Assembly: GCA_011390785.1 (NCBI GenBank)
Contig: JAABRR010000008.1
Span: 8,258 to 72,257 of the forward strand
DNA length: 64,000 bases
Reading direction: 5' to 3'
From: Sphingobacteriia bacterium
GTDB lineage: Bacteria; Bacteroidota; Bacteroidia; Bacteroidales; UBA7960
Shown here: piece after piece, positions 9,628 through 19,369 of the stretch
Numbering within the stretch: the first letter of the stretch is position 1
How the letters are laid out: every line of letters begins with the position of its first letter
Notes under the pieces: model-generated
The model's input: the letters and a program-made list of their open reading frames with translations, nothing else
Told to the model about the DNA's origin: nothing
Database searches by the model: none
Program-made: the position numbers and the translations under genes

Positions 9628-11298
9628 TTAGTTATCGAGACTTTCGATCTTAGCACCCAATTTTACATATTTCTCGTACAACTCTTCGTATTTCGATACG
9701 AAAACAGGCCGTGGTTTATACACCTTTTCAAATCCGTGCCCCATTTTTTCGCGGGCACTTTCAAAAGATGGATGAATACCTGCCACTACCGACGCAGCCA
9801 TAGCAGAACCTAACGCGCAGGTTTGTTCATGACGCACTACTTCGATAGGCATATTGAGCACATCAGCAACAATCTGCATCACCAGTGATGATTTCTTTGC
9901 TACTCCTCCAAGTGCAATCACCCCGTCAATGCGTAAACCTTCATCACGAAAACGTTCTACTATACTTTTGCTACCAAAAGCGGTAGCTTCTACCAGCGCT
10001 CTGAAAACAGCCGGAGCATCGGTTCCCAGGGTAAGACCTGTTATGGTACCGGTAAGCAACTGGTTAGCATCAGGTGTGCGACGTCCATTCAGCCAGTCGA
10101 GAGCCAAAACTCCTGATTGCTCAGGATCAATTCCTTCTGCCGCTTCCGAAAGCTCAGCAATTAAATTGGATGCGATTTCTTCTTCCAGCTTTTCTTTTTC
10201 ACTAACACTTAAAATGCTGGTTTTTGCCAGGGCGTTTTTCACGGGCCACATCAATAGATTTCTGAACCAGGCGTATACATCTCCAAAGGCTGATTGCCCG
10301 GCTTCCAAACCAATCATACCCGGGATAACGGAGCCATCAACCTGTCCACAGATCCCTTTTACCAGTTTATCTCCGAGCTCGGCTTCCGGCACCACAATCA
10401 TATCACATGTTGACGTACCCATAACTTTGCTCAGGTAATAGGGTTTTATTTCGCCCCCAACCGCACCCAAATGGGCATCAAAGGCTCCTACACCAATGGC
10501 AATACCGGGTTTGAGACCCAGTTTTTCTGCCCATTCAGCGGTTAATTCACCAGCTTTCACATCACTGGTGTAAGTTTCAGAATAAAGTCTGTCGCGCAAA
10601 TCGGCAAGATCTGGATTAAGCAGTTTCAAAAACTCTTTTGGAGGAAGCCCGCCCCATTCAGGGTGCCACATGGCCTTATGACCGGCAGCACAGCGACTGA
10701 TCTTAAGGTTTTGCAGGTTTTTTTCGCCTGAGAGAAGAGCTGGTATCCAGTCGCAATGTTCAAGCCATGACCACGCAGCATTTTTAACTGAATCGTCAAC
10801 ATATTGCACGTGTAGAACTTTGGCCCAAAACCACTCAGAAGAATAAACACCCCCTTCATATTTTGTAAAATCAGTACCTCCCCATGTGCGGGCAAGGTGA
10901 TTGATCTGATCGGCCTCCTTTACTGCAGTGTGGTCTTTCCACAATACAAACATAGCATTGGGGTTTTCGTTAAACTTCGGAAGCATGGACAAGGGTGTTC
11001 CTTCTTTGTTTACAGCCACAGGAGTGGAGCCTGTAGTGTCAACCGATATAGAAAGGATTCGTTGCCCTGTGCCTTTGGGAGCACCAGCCAATGCCTGCCT
11101 GATAGCCTGTACCATACTGTCTATATAATCCTGCGGATGCTGACGGAATCTATTCTGCGAAGGTTCACAATATAAACCTTTTGCCCAACGCTCATAATAA
11201 GAAACGGCAGAGGCTATTTCTTCTCCTGTTAAAGCATCTGCAATAAGGGCTCTTACTGAATCAGTACCATAATCAAGACCTAAAACATATTTTTCCAT
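9628..11298 (-). CDS. araB: Ribulokinase (FGGY family)
   Basis: 556 aa. N-terminus MEKYVLGLDYGTDSVRALI is typical of AraB. Last gene of the araA-araD-araB string. Confidence 0.9.
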   Translation of the reverse strand: MEKYVLGLDYGTDSVRALIADALTGEEIASAVSYYERWAKGLYCEPSQNRFRQHPQDYIDSMVQAIRQALAGAPKGTGQRILSISVDTTGSTPVAVNKEGTPLSMLPKFNENPNAMFVLWKDHTAVKEADQINHLARTWGGTDFTKYEGGVYSSEWFWAKVLHVQYVDDSVKNAAWSWLEHCDWIPALLSGEKNLQNLKISRCAAGHKAMWHPEWGGLPPKEFLKLLNPDLADLRDRLYSETYTSDVKAGELTAEWAEKLGLKPGIAIGVGAFDAHLGAVGGEIKPYYLSKVMGTSTCDMIVVPEAELGDKLVKGICGQVDGSVIPGMIGLEAGQSAFGDVYAWFRNLLMWPVKNALAKTSILSVSEKEKLEEEIASNLIAELSEAAEGIDPEQSGVLALDWLNGRRTPDANQLLTGTITGLTLGTDAPAVFRALVEATAFGSKSIVERFRDEGLRIDGVIALGGVAKKSSLVMQIVADVLNMPIEVVRHEQTCALGSAMAASVVAGIHPSFESAREKMGHGFEKVYKPRPVFVSKYEELYEKYVKLGAKIESLDN

Positions 11299-11378
11299 TT
11301 TATCTAAGGTTTTATATTCCTGTTAATCTGCATTTTACAAAACAGATATAAAGAAACAGATTTTCAAAAAATATTGAT

Positions 11379-12065
11379 CTATTGCCCGTAATAGGCATTT
11401 TTGCCGTGTTTACGTTGGTAGTGTTTATTAAGTAAAAACTGATCTATTGGGCTTGTATTGCCAAGAAACTCAGTACGAAAAGCCATTTTAGCCACTTCTT
11501 CAAGAACTACGGCATTGTGCACTGCATCGTGAGCATCTTTGCCCCAGGAAAAAGGAGCATGGCCATTCACTATTACACCAGGAACTGCAACCGGGTCCAG
11601 GTTAACGAAACGCGCTGTTATAACATTTCCGGTTTCAACTTCGTATGATGAATTGACTTCCTGCTCAGTTAGTTTTCGTGTGCAGGGAATTTCTCCATGA
11701 AAATAATCAGCATGGGTAGTTCCATAGGCAGGAATAGATCTACCTGCCTGAGCCCATGATGTAGCCCATTCGGAATGAGTATGGACAACACCACCAATTT
11801 CTCTGAAAGATTTATACAGAATAAGATGTGTGGCAAGATCGGATGATGGTTTTAGGTTCCCTTCTAATACATTACCGTCCATGTCTACTACCACCATATC
11901 ATCGGGTTTCATATCATCATATCCAACACCAGAAGGTTTAATAACCACCAAACCCTTATTGCGGTCAACACCACTGGCATTGCCCCAGGTAAAAATTACC
12001 AGGCCATGTTTTACCAATTCAATATTGGCTTCAAAAACAGATTGCTTTAGCTCTTTTAAATTCAT
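11379..12065 (-). CDS. araD: L-ribulose-5-phosphate 4-epimerase
   Basis: 228 aa. Collinear with E. coli AraD as recalled ([52 protein letters not shown]). ATGA start/stop overlap with araA. Confidence 0.95.
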   Translation of the reverse strand: MNLKELKQSVFEANIELVKHGLVIFTWGNASGVDRNKGLVVIKPSGVGYDDMKPDDMVVVDMDGNVLEGNLKPSSDLATHLILYKSFREIGGVVHTHSEWATSWAQAGRSIPAYGTTHADYFHGEIPCTRKLTEQEVNSSYEVETGNVITARFVNLDPVAVPGVIVNGHAPFSWGKDAHDAVHNAVVLEEVAKMAFRTEFLGNTSPIDQFLLNKHYQRKHGKNAYYGQ

Positions 12066-13561
12066 TTTCCTGACATTTGGTAATACATTTCATTCCATTT
12101 CAGCTCATTTTTGAAATCCCTGATCTTTGTGTTTTGATTAATAATGAGATATTCCATTCCGGCCATTTCAGCAAAAAGCTCTAATTGCGACGGTTTCACA
12201 TCAAAACTGAACGCAGTATGGTGAGCTCCACCGGCATAAATCCATGCTGTGGCAGATGTTTTCAAATCAGGATGAGGTTTCCACAAAGCCTTGGCAACGG
12301 GAAGTTTTGGCGTATCAATAGGTTTTACTGCATCTACAGTATTTACCAATAAACGGAATCGGTTTCCCATATCCAACAATGAAGCATTTAGTGCCGCGCC
12401 TTCTTTTACGTTGAATACCAAACGGGCAGGGTCATCTTTCCCGCCAATTCCCAGAGGGTGTAACTCCAGCCGTGGGGTTTCATAGGCAATTGAGGGGCAA
12501 ACTTCGAGCATGTGAGCTCCTAAAACTCTCATTCCGGCCGGGTCGAGATGGTAAGTGTAATCCTCCATAAATGAAGTGCCACCATTAAGTCCGCCAGACA
12601 TAACTTTCATGCAGCGAAGCAAAGCGGAAGTTTTCCAATCGCCCTCCGCCCCAAATCCGTAGCCCTTGTGCATAAGTCGTTGCACAGATAAACCAGGCAG
12701 TTGTTTTAAACCATGAAGGTCTTCAAAAGTAGTAGTGAAAGCTTTAAAGCCACCTGAATCAAGGAAGCGGCTTAAGCCCAACTCTATGCGGGCAGCTTCT
12801 ATTAGTTTGGCATTTTTTTCTTCGTTTTGGATAATATCTGATGATATTTGGTAAGTCTGCGTGTACTCATCCATCAGCACTCTAATATCACTATCAGAAA
12901 CTTCTTTAATCTGCTGCACCAGCTCACCCACTCCAAAACCGGATACTGACCAGCCAAAACGCATATTCGCTTCTACCTTATCGCCTTCAGTAACAGCAAC
13001 ATGACGCATATTATCACCAAGGCGTGCTACTTTAAGACCCTGCGATTCATTCCAGGCCAAAGCCACCCTGATCCAGTTCTGGATATCGGACTGTAAACCG
13101 CTATCTTTCCAATGGCCTACCACTACATTTCTTTTCACCTTCATACGTGAGCACATAAAGCCAAACTCACGATCGCCGTGGGCTGCCTGGTTCAGGTTCA
13201 TGAAATCCATATCAATGTCATTCCAGGGTATATCCCGGTTAAATTGTGTGTGCAGATGTAGCAAGGGTTTTTTCAAAACACTTAAACCTCTGATCCACAT
13301 CTGCGAGGGAGAAAAGGTGTGCATCCAGGTAATAAGTCCAATACACCGGGCATCAGAATTGGCCTGCTGCATAACTTCAAAAATCTCGTCAGGGGTTTTT
13401 ACAACAGGCTTAAAAACAACATCTGTCAGATTACTCGTTACCATGTTTAATTCATTCGCTATTTCACGCGAATTCCGTGCTACCTGATCAAGTGTCTCCG
13501 GGCCATATAGGTGTTGGCTACCTGTAATAAACCAAATACTTTTTTTATCAGTTGTTTGCAT
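12062..13561 (-). CDS. araA: L-arabinose isomerase
   Basis: 499 aa. The [16 protein letters not shown]-terminus and overall length match AraA. Confidence 0.95.
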   Translation of the reverse strand: MQTTDKKSIWFITGSQHLYGPETLDQVARNSREIANELNMVTSNLTDVVFKPVVKTPDEIFEVMQQANSDARCIGLITWMHTFSPSQMWIRGLSVLKKPLLHLHTQFNRDIPWNDIDMDFMNLNQAAHGDREFGFMCSRMKVKRNVVVGHWKDSGLQSDIQNWIRVALAWNESQGLKVARLGDNMRHVAVTEGDKVEANMRFGWSVSGFGVGELVQQIKEVSDSDIRVLMDEYTQTYQISSDIIQNEEKNAKLIEAARIELGLSRFLDSGGFKAFTTTFEDLHGLKQLPGLSVQRLMHKGYGFGAEGDWKTSALLRCMKVMSGGLNGGTSFMEDYTYHLDPAGMRVLGAHMLEVCPSIAYETPRLELHPLGIGGKDDPARLVFNVKEGAALNASLLDMGNRFRLLVNTVDAVKPIDTPKLPVAKALWKPHPDLKTSATAWIYAGGAHHTAFSFDVKPSQLELFAEMAGMEYLIINQNTKIRDFKNELKWNEMYYQMSGK

Positions 13562-13585
13562 AATTATAATCTTAAAGGGTTAATA

Positions 13586-14278
13586 TCATATAAAATCAAA
13601 AAGATTTTCTTTACTCGTTAAATAATCATACTTTTCTTTGTTGAATTTATAAAGGAATGCCCCTCTTTTGGATGATTCCTTATCTTTTTCATCAAGTTTG
13701 TTTAGCACACCCATGGAAAGGATCTTCTTTCTGAAATTGCGTTTGTCAATTTCTTTTTGATGAATGGCTTCATAGAGTTGTTGCAGTTGGGTAAGAGTAA
13801 ACTTAGGGGGAAGCAACTCAAAACCAATGGGCTGGATAATGGTTTTTCGCTTCAATCTTCTGATGGCTTTTTGCACCATAGTAGAATGATCGAAAACCAG
13901 TGATGGAATTTCATCCATAGTAAACCATTCGGCTCCATATTTACGTCCCAATTCTTCGTCGTAATTATCAATATTGATAAGTGCATAATAGGCAACTGAA
14001 ATAACCCGGCCTGCTGAATCCCGATCCAGGTCACCATAAGCATAAAGTTGCTCAAGAAATATGGATTTAAGACCGGTCAGATTCTCCAGAATCCGGTATG
14101 CCGCATCATCAACACTTTCATGGCTACCAACAAATCCGCCCATCAACGACCATTGGCCTTCCATGGGGGGCATTTTTCGTTTAATCAGCAGTAACTTTAG
14201 CCTTCCTTGATCAAATCCGAAAATGATGCTGTCTATGGCAACAAAGTTTTTATCGTGAACACCATCGTATATTGTCAT
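13586..14278 (-). CDS. araR: Nudix-domain/NrtR-family transcriptional regulator, probable arabinose regulator
   Basis: 230 aa. Nudix fold N-terminal half (GQWSLMGGFVGSHESVDDAAYRILENLTGL) plus a C-terminal wHTH-like half. Embedded in the ara operon, as is Bacteroides AraR. Confidence 0.7.
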   Translation of the reverse strand: MTIYDGVHDKNFVAIDSIIFGFDQGRLKLLLIKRKMPPMEGQWSLMGGFVGSHESVDDAAYRILENLTGLKSIFLEQLYAYGDLDRDSAGRVISVAYYALINIDNYDEELGRKYGAEWFTMDEIPSLVFDHSTMVQKAIRRLKRKTIIQPIGFELLPPKFTLTQLQQLYEAIHQKEIDKRNFRKKILSMGVLNKLDEKDKESSKRGAFLYKFNKEKYDYLTSKENLFDFI

Positions 14279-14294
14279 TTTCTAATCCAATTTT

Positions 14295-15944
14295 TTACCA
14301 GAAGTAAATATAAAAGGTTATGGTAACAGATAAAATGATAACGGTATGAACTACATCCCATTTGTTCCAGCTGGCTCTTGTTTCAGCCAATTGCTCAGGT
14401 GTAGCTGAGCCATAGGTAAGACCAATGGTTTTAGATGCATCGGCTGGTTTCGTAAACAAAGAAACTATAACAATAACCACAATACAAATAAAGAACAGGT
14501 AAATGGAATAATGCAGCCAGTTACTTTCAAGAAACAGCGTATAAATGAGACTATCGGTTGAAACATGGGTTGAAAATATCTTTGCTACTAATCGCGACAT
14601 TCCTAAAACAAATCCTGTAAGCAAACCAGAAAATCCGGCTGCGGGTGTGGCCCGTTTCCAGAATACGCCCAGCAGAAATACCGATGCAATTCCAGGAGCC
14701 AGCAACGATTGAACATCCTGCAGGTAGGCATACAGAACCTGTCCTATGCCACGCATTACCGGTATCCATAGTATACCAAGCGCTACAATAACGATGGTAG
14801 CAATCCGACCTACTTTCACAAGGTGTTTTTCAGAGCTTTCAGGATAGAATTTCTCATAAAAGTCTTTGGTAAATAAAATAGCCGAAGAATTAAACAGGGA
14901 AGCCAACGAACTCATAAGTGCTGCAATAAGTCCTCCCACAACAATACCACGAACACCCACCGGAAGCAATGTTTTTACCAATGTAGAAAAGGCGGCATCA
15001 GAACTGCTCAATTCGATCAACCCTTTTTGGTTAAGTGCAAATGCAATCATTCCCGGTATCAGAAATATAAAAACAGGAAGGAGCTTAAGATATGCTCCAA
15101 ATATAGAACCTCTGCGAGCCTGAGTCTGGTCCCGGCCAGAAAGAACTCTTTGCACAATATACTGATCGGTACACCAATACCAGAAACCAATAATGGCAGA
15201 GCCCAGTAAAACTCCTGTCCATGGAAATTCAGAATCTTTATGCGATCTGATTAGGCTGGTCATAGAATCGCCTGCTGGAGTTAAAGTTGCTCCGGTAATT
15301 TGCATCAGCTCATTCCATCCACCCAGTTCCTTTAAGCCTACAACCAATATTACTATTGAGCCTACCAGTAATACAGGTAACTGCAAAACAGATGTATACA
15401 TTACTGCCCGCATTCCGCCTAAAACAGTGTAAACCCCTGTAAAAACAACCAACCCAATGGCACCTACCCAGAAAAAATCAATTCCCATCCAGGTTTCAAT
15501 TCCAAATACTTCTTTAAAAACAATACCACCGGCATAAACTGTAACAGCAACTTTAGTAAGTACATAACTAACCAGCGAGATTACTGATAAAAAGTTTCTG
15601 GATGCTGAATTGTAGCGTCTTTCCAAAAACTCGGGCATGGTGAAAACCTTGCTTCTGGAATAAAACGGAACGAATACCCAGCCTAAAACCAGAATCAGCC
15701 AGCCTTGCATTTCCCAGTGTGCCATTGCCATTCCGGTTTCGGCACCTGCACCTGCCAATCCAACAAGGTGTTCCGACCCAATATTGGAAGCGAAAATGGA
15801 TGCACCAATGGCAACCCATCCAACATTTCGCCCGGCAAGAAAATAATCAGTTGATGTTTCTTTCTTTTGACTAATAACCCACCAAATTACCAGAAACAAA
15901 GCAACGAAAAACAATCCCAGAACCAACCAGTCAATAATTGTCAT
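14295..15944 (-). CDS. Sodium:solute symporter (SSS/SGLT family), probable arabinose/pentose transporter
   Basis: 549 aa polytopic membrane protein with SSS-type N-terminus (DYFLAGRNVGWVAIGASIFASNIGSEHLVGLAG). First gene of the ara operon. Confidence 0.85.
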   Translation of the reverse strand: MTIIDWLVLGLFFVALFLVIWWVISQKKETSTDYFLAGRNVGWVAIGASIFASNIGSEHLVGLAGAGAETGMAMAHWEMQGWLILVLGWVFVPFYSRSKVFTMPEFLERRYNSASRNFLSVISLVSYVLTKVAVTVYAGGIVFKEVFGIETWMGIDFFWVGAIGLVVFTGVYTVLGGMRAVMYTSVLQLPVLLVGSIVILVVGLKELGGWNELMQITGATLTPAGDSMTSLIRSHKDSEFPWTGVLLGSAIIGFWYWCTDQYIVQRVLSGRDQTQARRGSIFGAYLKLLPVFIFLIPGMIAFALNQKGLIELSSSDAAFSTLVKTLLPVGVRGIVVGGLIAALMSSLASLFNSSAILFTKDFYEKFYPESSEKHLVKVGRIATIVIVALGILWIPVMRGIGQVLYAYLQDVQSLLAPGIASVFLLGVFWKRATPAAGFSGLLTGFVLGMSRLVAKIFSTHVSTDSLIYTLFLESNWLHYSIYLFFICIVVIVIVSLFTKPADASKTIGLTYGSATPEQLAETRASWNKWDVVHTVIILSVTITFYIYFW

Positions 15945-16042
15945 AAGTTTAAAGGTTTTAAGGTTACAAAATCTGTATCAACTCTCTTTTTATTTCCTGA
16001 ATTAAAAAACTTATAAGAATAAAGTGATTATCAGGTAAAAAA

Positions 16043-16063
16043 TAAGTGTAAATGTAACACTTA
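16043..16063. promoter_or_regulatory. 21-bp palindrome upstream of the ara operon, candidate AraR (NrtR-family) operator
   Basis: taagtgt-aaatgta-acactta, perfect 7-bp arms, about 100 nt upstream of the first ara-operon gene (start 15944). Confidence 0.4.
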
Positions 16064-16129
16064 ATTTAAAGTCTACAAATATTTATGGAAAAAAGAAGAG
16101 ACAATTTAAAAATTTGCTGATTATTTTGG

Positions 16130-16918
16130 CTATTTATCTTCTTCAACACGGCGTTTTTCTACCCTGGCAGAAACACCGATAGAAATTTCATAGAGGCCAT
16201 AAAGAGGAATACCCACCAAAATCTGGCTAAAGATATCAGGAGGAGTTATGATGGCAGAAAGTACTATTATGAGAATGAATGCGGTTTTGCGGTTGGCTTT
16301 CATGAATTCGGGAGTGAGCAGCCCAACACGCGAAAGGAAATAGACTATTACAGGAAGCTCAAATACCAGTCCGGTAGCAAAAGTTACCATGGTAACCGTA
16401 GAAATATATGAGCGAAGTGCTACCTGATTAGCCACCATCTCGCTAACCTGATAACTCCCTAAAAAGTTAATGGTAAGTGGAGCAATTATAAAATAACTGA
16501 AAGAAACGCCTGAAAGAAAAAGCAGAGAAGTAATAAAAACTGCACCGCGGCTGTTGGCCTTTTCGTTGGGGTGAAGGGCTGGCATTATAAAACGCCAGAA
16601 TTCCCATAAAATATAAGGAAATGCTATTATTAACCCAGCAATAAGCGATACAACTATATGGGTTTTAAATTGCCCGGCCATATCGATATTTATAATCTCA
16701 ACGGGTTTCTGATTAATACAAAGGGCAGGAGTTGAAACCATTTCTGCAAAAATGCAAAACAGTTTATTGGTAATAAAATAAGGTTCTTTGGGGGCAAGTA
16801 TCACATAATCAAAAACGATGTCTTTGGCTATAAATGCTCCTATGGCCAATAACACAACAGCAATGGCAGAACGCACCAAATGTCCGCGTAATTCTTCAAG
16901 ATGCGACCAGAAGGACAT
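16130..16918 (-). CDS. tatC: Twin-arginine translocase subunit TatC
   Basis: MSFWSHLEELRGHL N-terminus and six TM segments are typical of TatC. The ORF-track start at 16969 is a TTG. ATG 16918 gives the usual length of about 262 aa. Confidence 0.88.
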   Translation of the reverse strand: MSFWSHLEELRGHLVRSAIAVVLLAIGAFIAKDIVFDYVILAPKEPYFITNKLFCIFAEMVSTPALCINQKPVEIINIDMAGQFKTHIVVSLIAGLIIAFPYILWEFWRFIMPALHPNEKANSRGAVFITSLLFLSGVSFSYFIIAPLTINFLGSYQVSEMVANQVALRSYISTVTMVTFATGLVFELPVIVYFLSRVGLLTPEFMKANRKTAFILIIVLSAIITPPDIFSQILVGIPLYGLYEISIGVSARVEKRRVEEDK

Positions 16919-17167
16919 CCCTTCGCGCTCTTCCTGGCCATCACCGATTTGTTTTTTTTCTGTACTCAACGGATAAAGATTTTTTTGAACGCGCTAAATT
17001 AATACAGTTTATTGAATTGGTCATGATAAAGTTTTGGAAGAAACCCAATTGATAGCTGAGTGCCTACCCAGAAGTATATTTCACTTAACTTCCTGAAATT
17101 GTATAGGAAGATGGACTTAATCTCTTAGCTAATCTACAATAAAAAAAGCCGCTTCAATAAAGAAACA

Positions 17168-17193
17168 GCCTTTATAGTTTTCTGCACAAAGGC
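17168..17193 (-). terminator. Possible terminator downstream of the ferredoxin gene
   Basis: 6-bp stem gccttt/aaaggc with a 14-nt loop, followed on the minus strand by the T-rich tgtttctttatt. Confidence 0.3.
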
Positions 17194-17207
17194 AGTAATG
17201 CATTGTC

Positions 17208-17375
17208 TTAAGCAGGATGAATTGCTTCTACAGGGCATACGTCTGCACAAGAACCGCAGTCAGTGCAAACATCAGGATCGATTTTATAGATGTCTCCTTC
17301 AGATATTGCGTCAACAGGACATTCGTCGATGCAACTGCCACATGCAGTACAATCTTCAGTGATAATATAAGCCAT
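17208..17375 (-). CDS. 2x[4Fe-4S] ferredoxin (55 aa)
   Basis: Hand translation: MAYIITEDCTACGSCIDECPVDAISEGDIYKIDPDVCTDCGSCADVCPVEAIHPA*. Two CxxCxxCxxxCP motifs. Below the ORF-track size cutoff. Confidence 0.9.
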   Translation of the reverse strand: MAYIITEDCTACGSCIDECPVDAISEGDIYKIDPDVCTDCGSCADVCPVEAIHPA

Positions 17376-17416
17376 TTCAGTAAAATTTAGTTAGTAAATC
17401 ATATTTAATTCCTGTG

Positions 17417-17424
17417 CAAATATA
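17417..17424 (-). promoter_or_regulatory. -7 promoter box for the ferredoxin gene
   Basis: Minus-strand tatatttg, about 41 nt upstream of ATG 17375. Confidence 0.4.
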
Positions 17425-17675
17425 CGGGCTTAATTGGTACAATCTACAAAAAAATAATATATGCAGCTAATTTGTAATGGTTATAAATAGTGCTTGCAGG
17501 AAAACGCCAATTACTGCGTTGGGCTCGACTTGAAAACAGTCATCGCCCGCCTTGCACGTGATAATTTCTTTATTAAGCATATATTACACTATGAGTTTTC
17601 TTGCTGACACAAAATAAAAGGGAAAATAACCTGATGAATTTACCCTTTTAAAAAAACACAATAAATGTAATAACA

Positions 17676-18365
17676 TCAGACAATTGGTTTCATAGCCCGG
17701 CTTATTTCGCGTTTTCCGGGGGGGCCTGGTAGCTTCTTAACTATTAACCCGGCGGCTTGCATTGCTCTTCGAACGGACCCTTTAACACAATAAGTAACCA
17801 AAACTCCGCCAGGCTTCATGCTTTTTGCAATCTTCTGAAAAATAGCTTCACTCCACATTTCCGGTTGCGTATCTGGCCCAAAAGCATCAAAATAGATAAG
17901 ATTATATTTTTCTGATTGCAGCCCCAAGTCTTCAATTTTCTGATGAAAACATCTGATAAAAAACCAGTCGTTAATATTTTCGTATTTAATTGCTTTGGCA
18001 CTATGAATACGGAGGAATAATTCGCCAATCCATGGCTCAGAAAACATGAGAGGATAATTAAGCTTTTCGAGTATGGCTTTTTCTATGGGGTAGGCTTCAC
18101 AGGCATCATACAGAATTCGCCTTTGGTTTAAAATAGCTTCTCTGCCAGTGAGCAAAGCATTCAACCCTGTTCCCATGCCTACTTCGAGAATAAAAAGCGG
18201 TTCACCCGGTAATTCAATACTTTTCAAACCATTTTGAAGAAAAACATGCTGCGACTCCTGCAATGCCCCGTTTACTGAATGGTACTGCTCATCAATCCCT
18301 TCCAGTTTTAAGGTATGAGAACCATCGGCTGTTTCTATCAATTTGGATACAAAGGGATTATCCAT
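17676..18365 (-). CDS. mnmD: tRNA (mnm5s2U34) methyltransferase, stand-alone MnmD/MnmC-methyltransferase-domain type
   Basis: SAM motif ILEVGMGTGLN, YFDAFGPDTQPEMWS and the C-terminal GPPGKRE motif are typical of the MnmC methyltransferase domain. ATG at 18365 is preferred to the upstream extension at 18425. Confidence 0.75.
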   Translation of the reverse strand: MDNPFVSKLIETADGSHTLKLEGIDEQYHSVNGALQESQHVFLQNGLKSIELPGEPLFILEVGMGTGLNALLTGREAILNQRRILYDACEAYPIEKAILEKLNYPLMFSEPWIGELFLRIHSAKAIKYENINDWFFIRCFHQKIEDLGLQSEKYNLIYFDAFGPDTQPEMWSEAIFQKIAKSMKPGGVLVTYCVKGSVRRAMQAAGLIVKKLPGPPGKREISRAMKPIV

Positions 18366-18381
18366 TTTAAAAAACCAAAAA

Positions 18382-19110
18382 TTATGAAATCCGATTATTG
18401 GTAATTGTGTGGCGCAAGGCGGCAATATAATTATCAGTTTCTCCGGTAAAAATCACTTCTGCTTCTAAACCAGCTTGTTTTGCAATTTCTGACAGGTTAT
18501 CAAAATCCACAAAAAGCCATGGAAACGGAGATCCGGAAACACCCTTGTAGTGAAGATGATACTCAATTTCGCCATAATAATTATCAGCCAGGTTGATCAT
18601 AGCCGATCCATCTTCATCTTCATACATGTAAAGCAAATCGGTTGATTCGAGGTAAATAACCCCTTCACTTGCCAATAAATTACGGGCTTTTTGCAGCATT
18701 GGCAATAATCCGCTCATGGTACTGGCAATACCTGCTCCATTCATCAAAAACAGGATAGTATCAAATTGAAGGTTTTCCAGGGTATAGAAATCCTTCAAAA
18801 AAGCATTCTTTATTCCACGCTTTTTCATGCATTCAACAGCACCCTTACTTATATCAATAGCAGTCACTTCATTACCTTTTTCCTGAAGATAAAGGGCATG
18901 ACTCCCGGCTCCGGCGCCAACATCAAGGATTTTACCCTTACAAATATCCAATACCTGTTGTTCCCATTCCGGCATTCTATCAAATCCTCTGAAGAAGTAG
19001 GCAACCGGCAACTCTTCCCGATCACCTATACTGATGTCAACCAAAATTTGGGTATCTTTTTCACCTGAAAGATAATCGGCAAAAGCTCTTCCAAAAATAT
19101 CTTCATTCAT
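18382..19110 (-). CDS. Class I SAM-dependent methyltransferase
   Basis: SAM-binding motif ILDVGAGAGSHALYLQEKGNEVTAIDIS. The ORF-track start at 19137 is TTG. ATG 19110 (MNEDIFGRAF) is preferred. Confidence 0.8.
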   Translation of the reverse strand: MNEDIFGRAFADYLSGEKDTQILVDISIGDREELPVAYFFRGFDRMPEWEQQVLDICKGKILDVGAGAGSHALYLQEKGNEVTAIDISKGAVECMKKRGIKNAFLKDFYTLENLQFDTILFLMNGAGIASTMSGLLPMLQKARNLLASEGVIYLESTDLLYMYEDEDGSAMINLADNYYGEIEYHLHYKGVSGSPFPWLFVDFDNLSEIAKQAGLEAEVIFTGETDNYIAALRHTITNNRIS

Positions 19111-19155
19111 AATAGTGATATTGATTATAGTTAGCAAACAACGAAATTAAGTCAC

Positions 19156-19163
19156 CAAAAATA
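19156..19163 (-). promoter_or_regulatory. -7 promoter box for the methyltransferase pair
   Basis: Minus-strand tatttttg, about 45 nt upstream of ATG 19110. Confidence 0.35.
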
Positions 19164-19369
19164 ACACAAAATACCAGGTTAATGCCTGAAATATTTTGAC
19201 CGAATGTTATTTGAATTCAGCAAAATAAAAGCTACATTTATAGAGACAAACGGCCAGAGAGTGGAAAAACGCCAGTTTATGGTTCAGATAAATATCAAAA
19301 CAGGTTTTTTAAGGTAAAAACAAGTAAGCCGTTTTCAAAAGATTTAAACCAAAACCAAATCTAGAAGCT

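Noticed and set aside
9854-10438. 194-aa + strand ORF inside araB. Similar long antisense or alternative-frame ORFs occur at 7454-7899, 54947-55423, 55287-55592 and 58320-58646.
   Set aside because: These are low-complexity S/P/A/T-rich translations embedded in confidently identified genes (araB, M1 peptidase, sucB, sucA). This is typical shadow-ORF behaviour and there is no independent support.
16919-16969. N-terminal extensions in the ORF track that begin at TTG/GTG: tatC 16969, methyltransferase 19137, marR 22459, regulator 25580, E1 fusion 34650, sucA 59068. Also upstream-ATG extensions at 18425 and 31133.
   Set aside because: In each case a downstream ATG gives a family-typical N-terminus. 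In several cases a TAnnTTTG box lies inside or just upstream of the extension, so I used the shorter coordinates. The relA/spoT GTG at 44342 is left unresolved.
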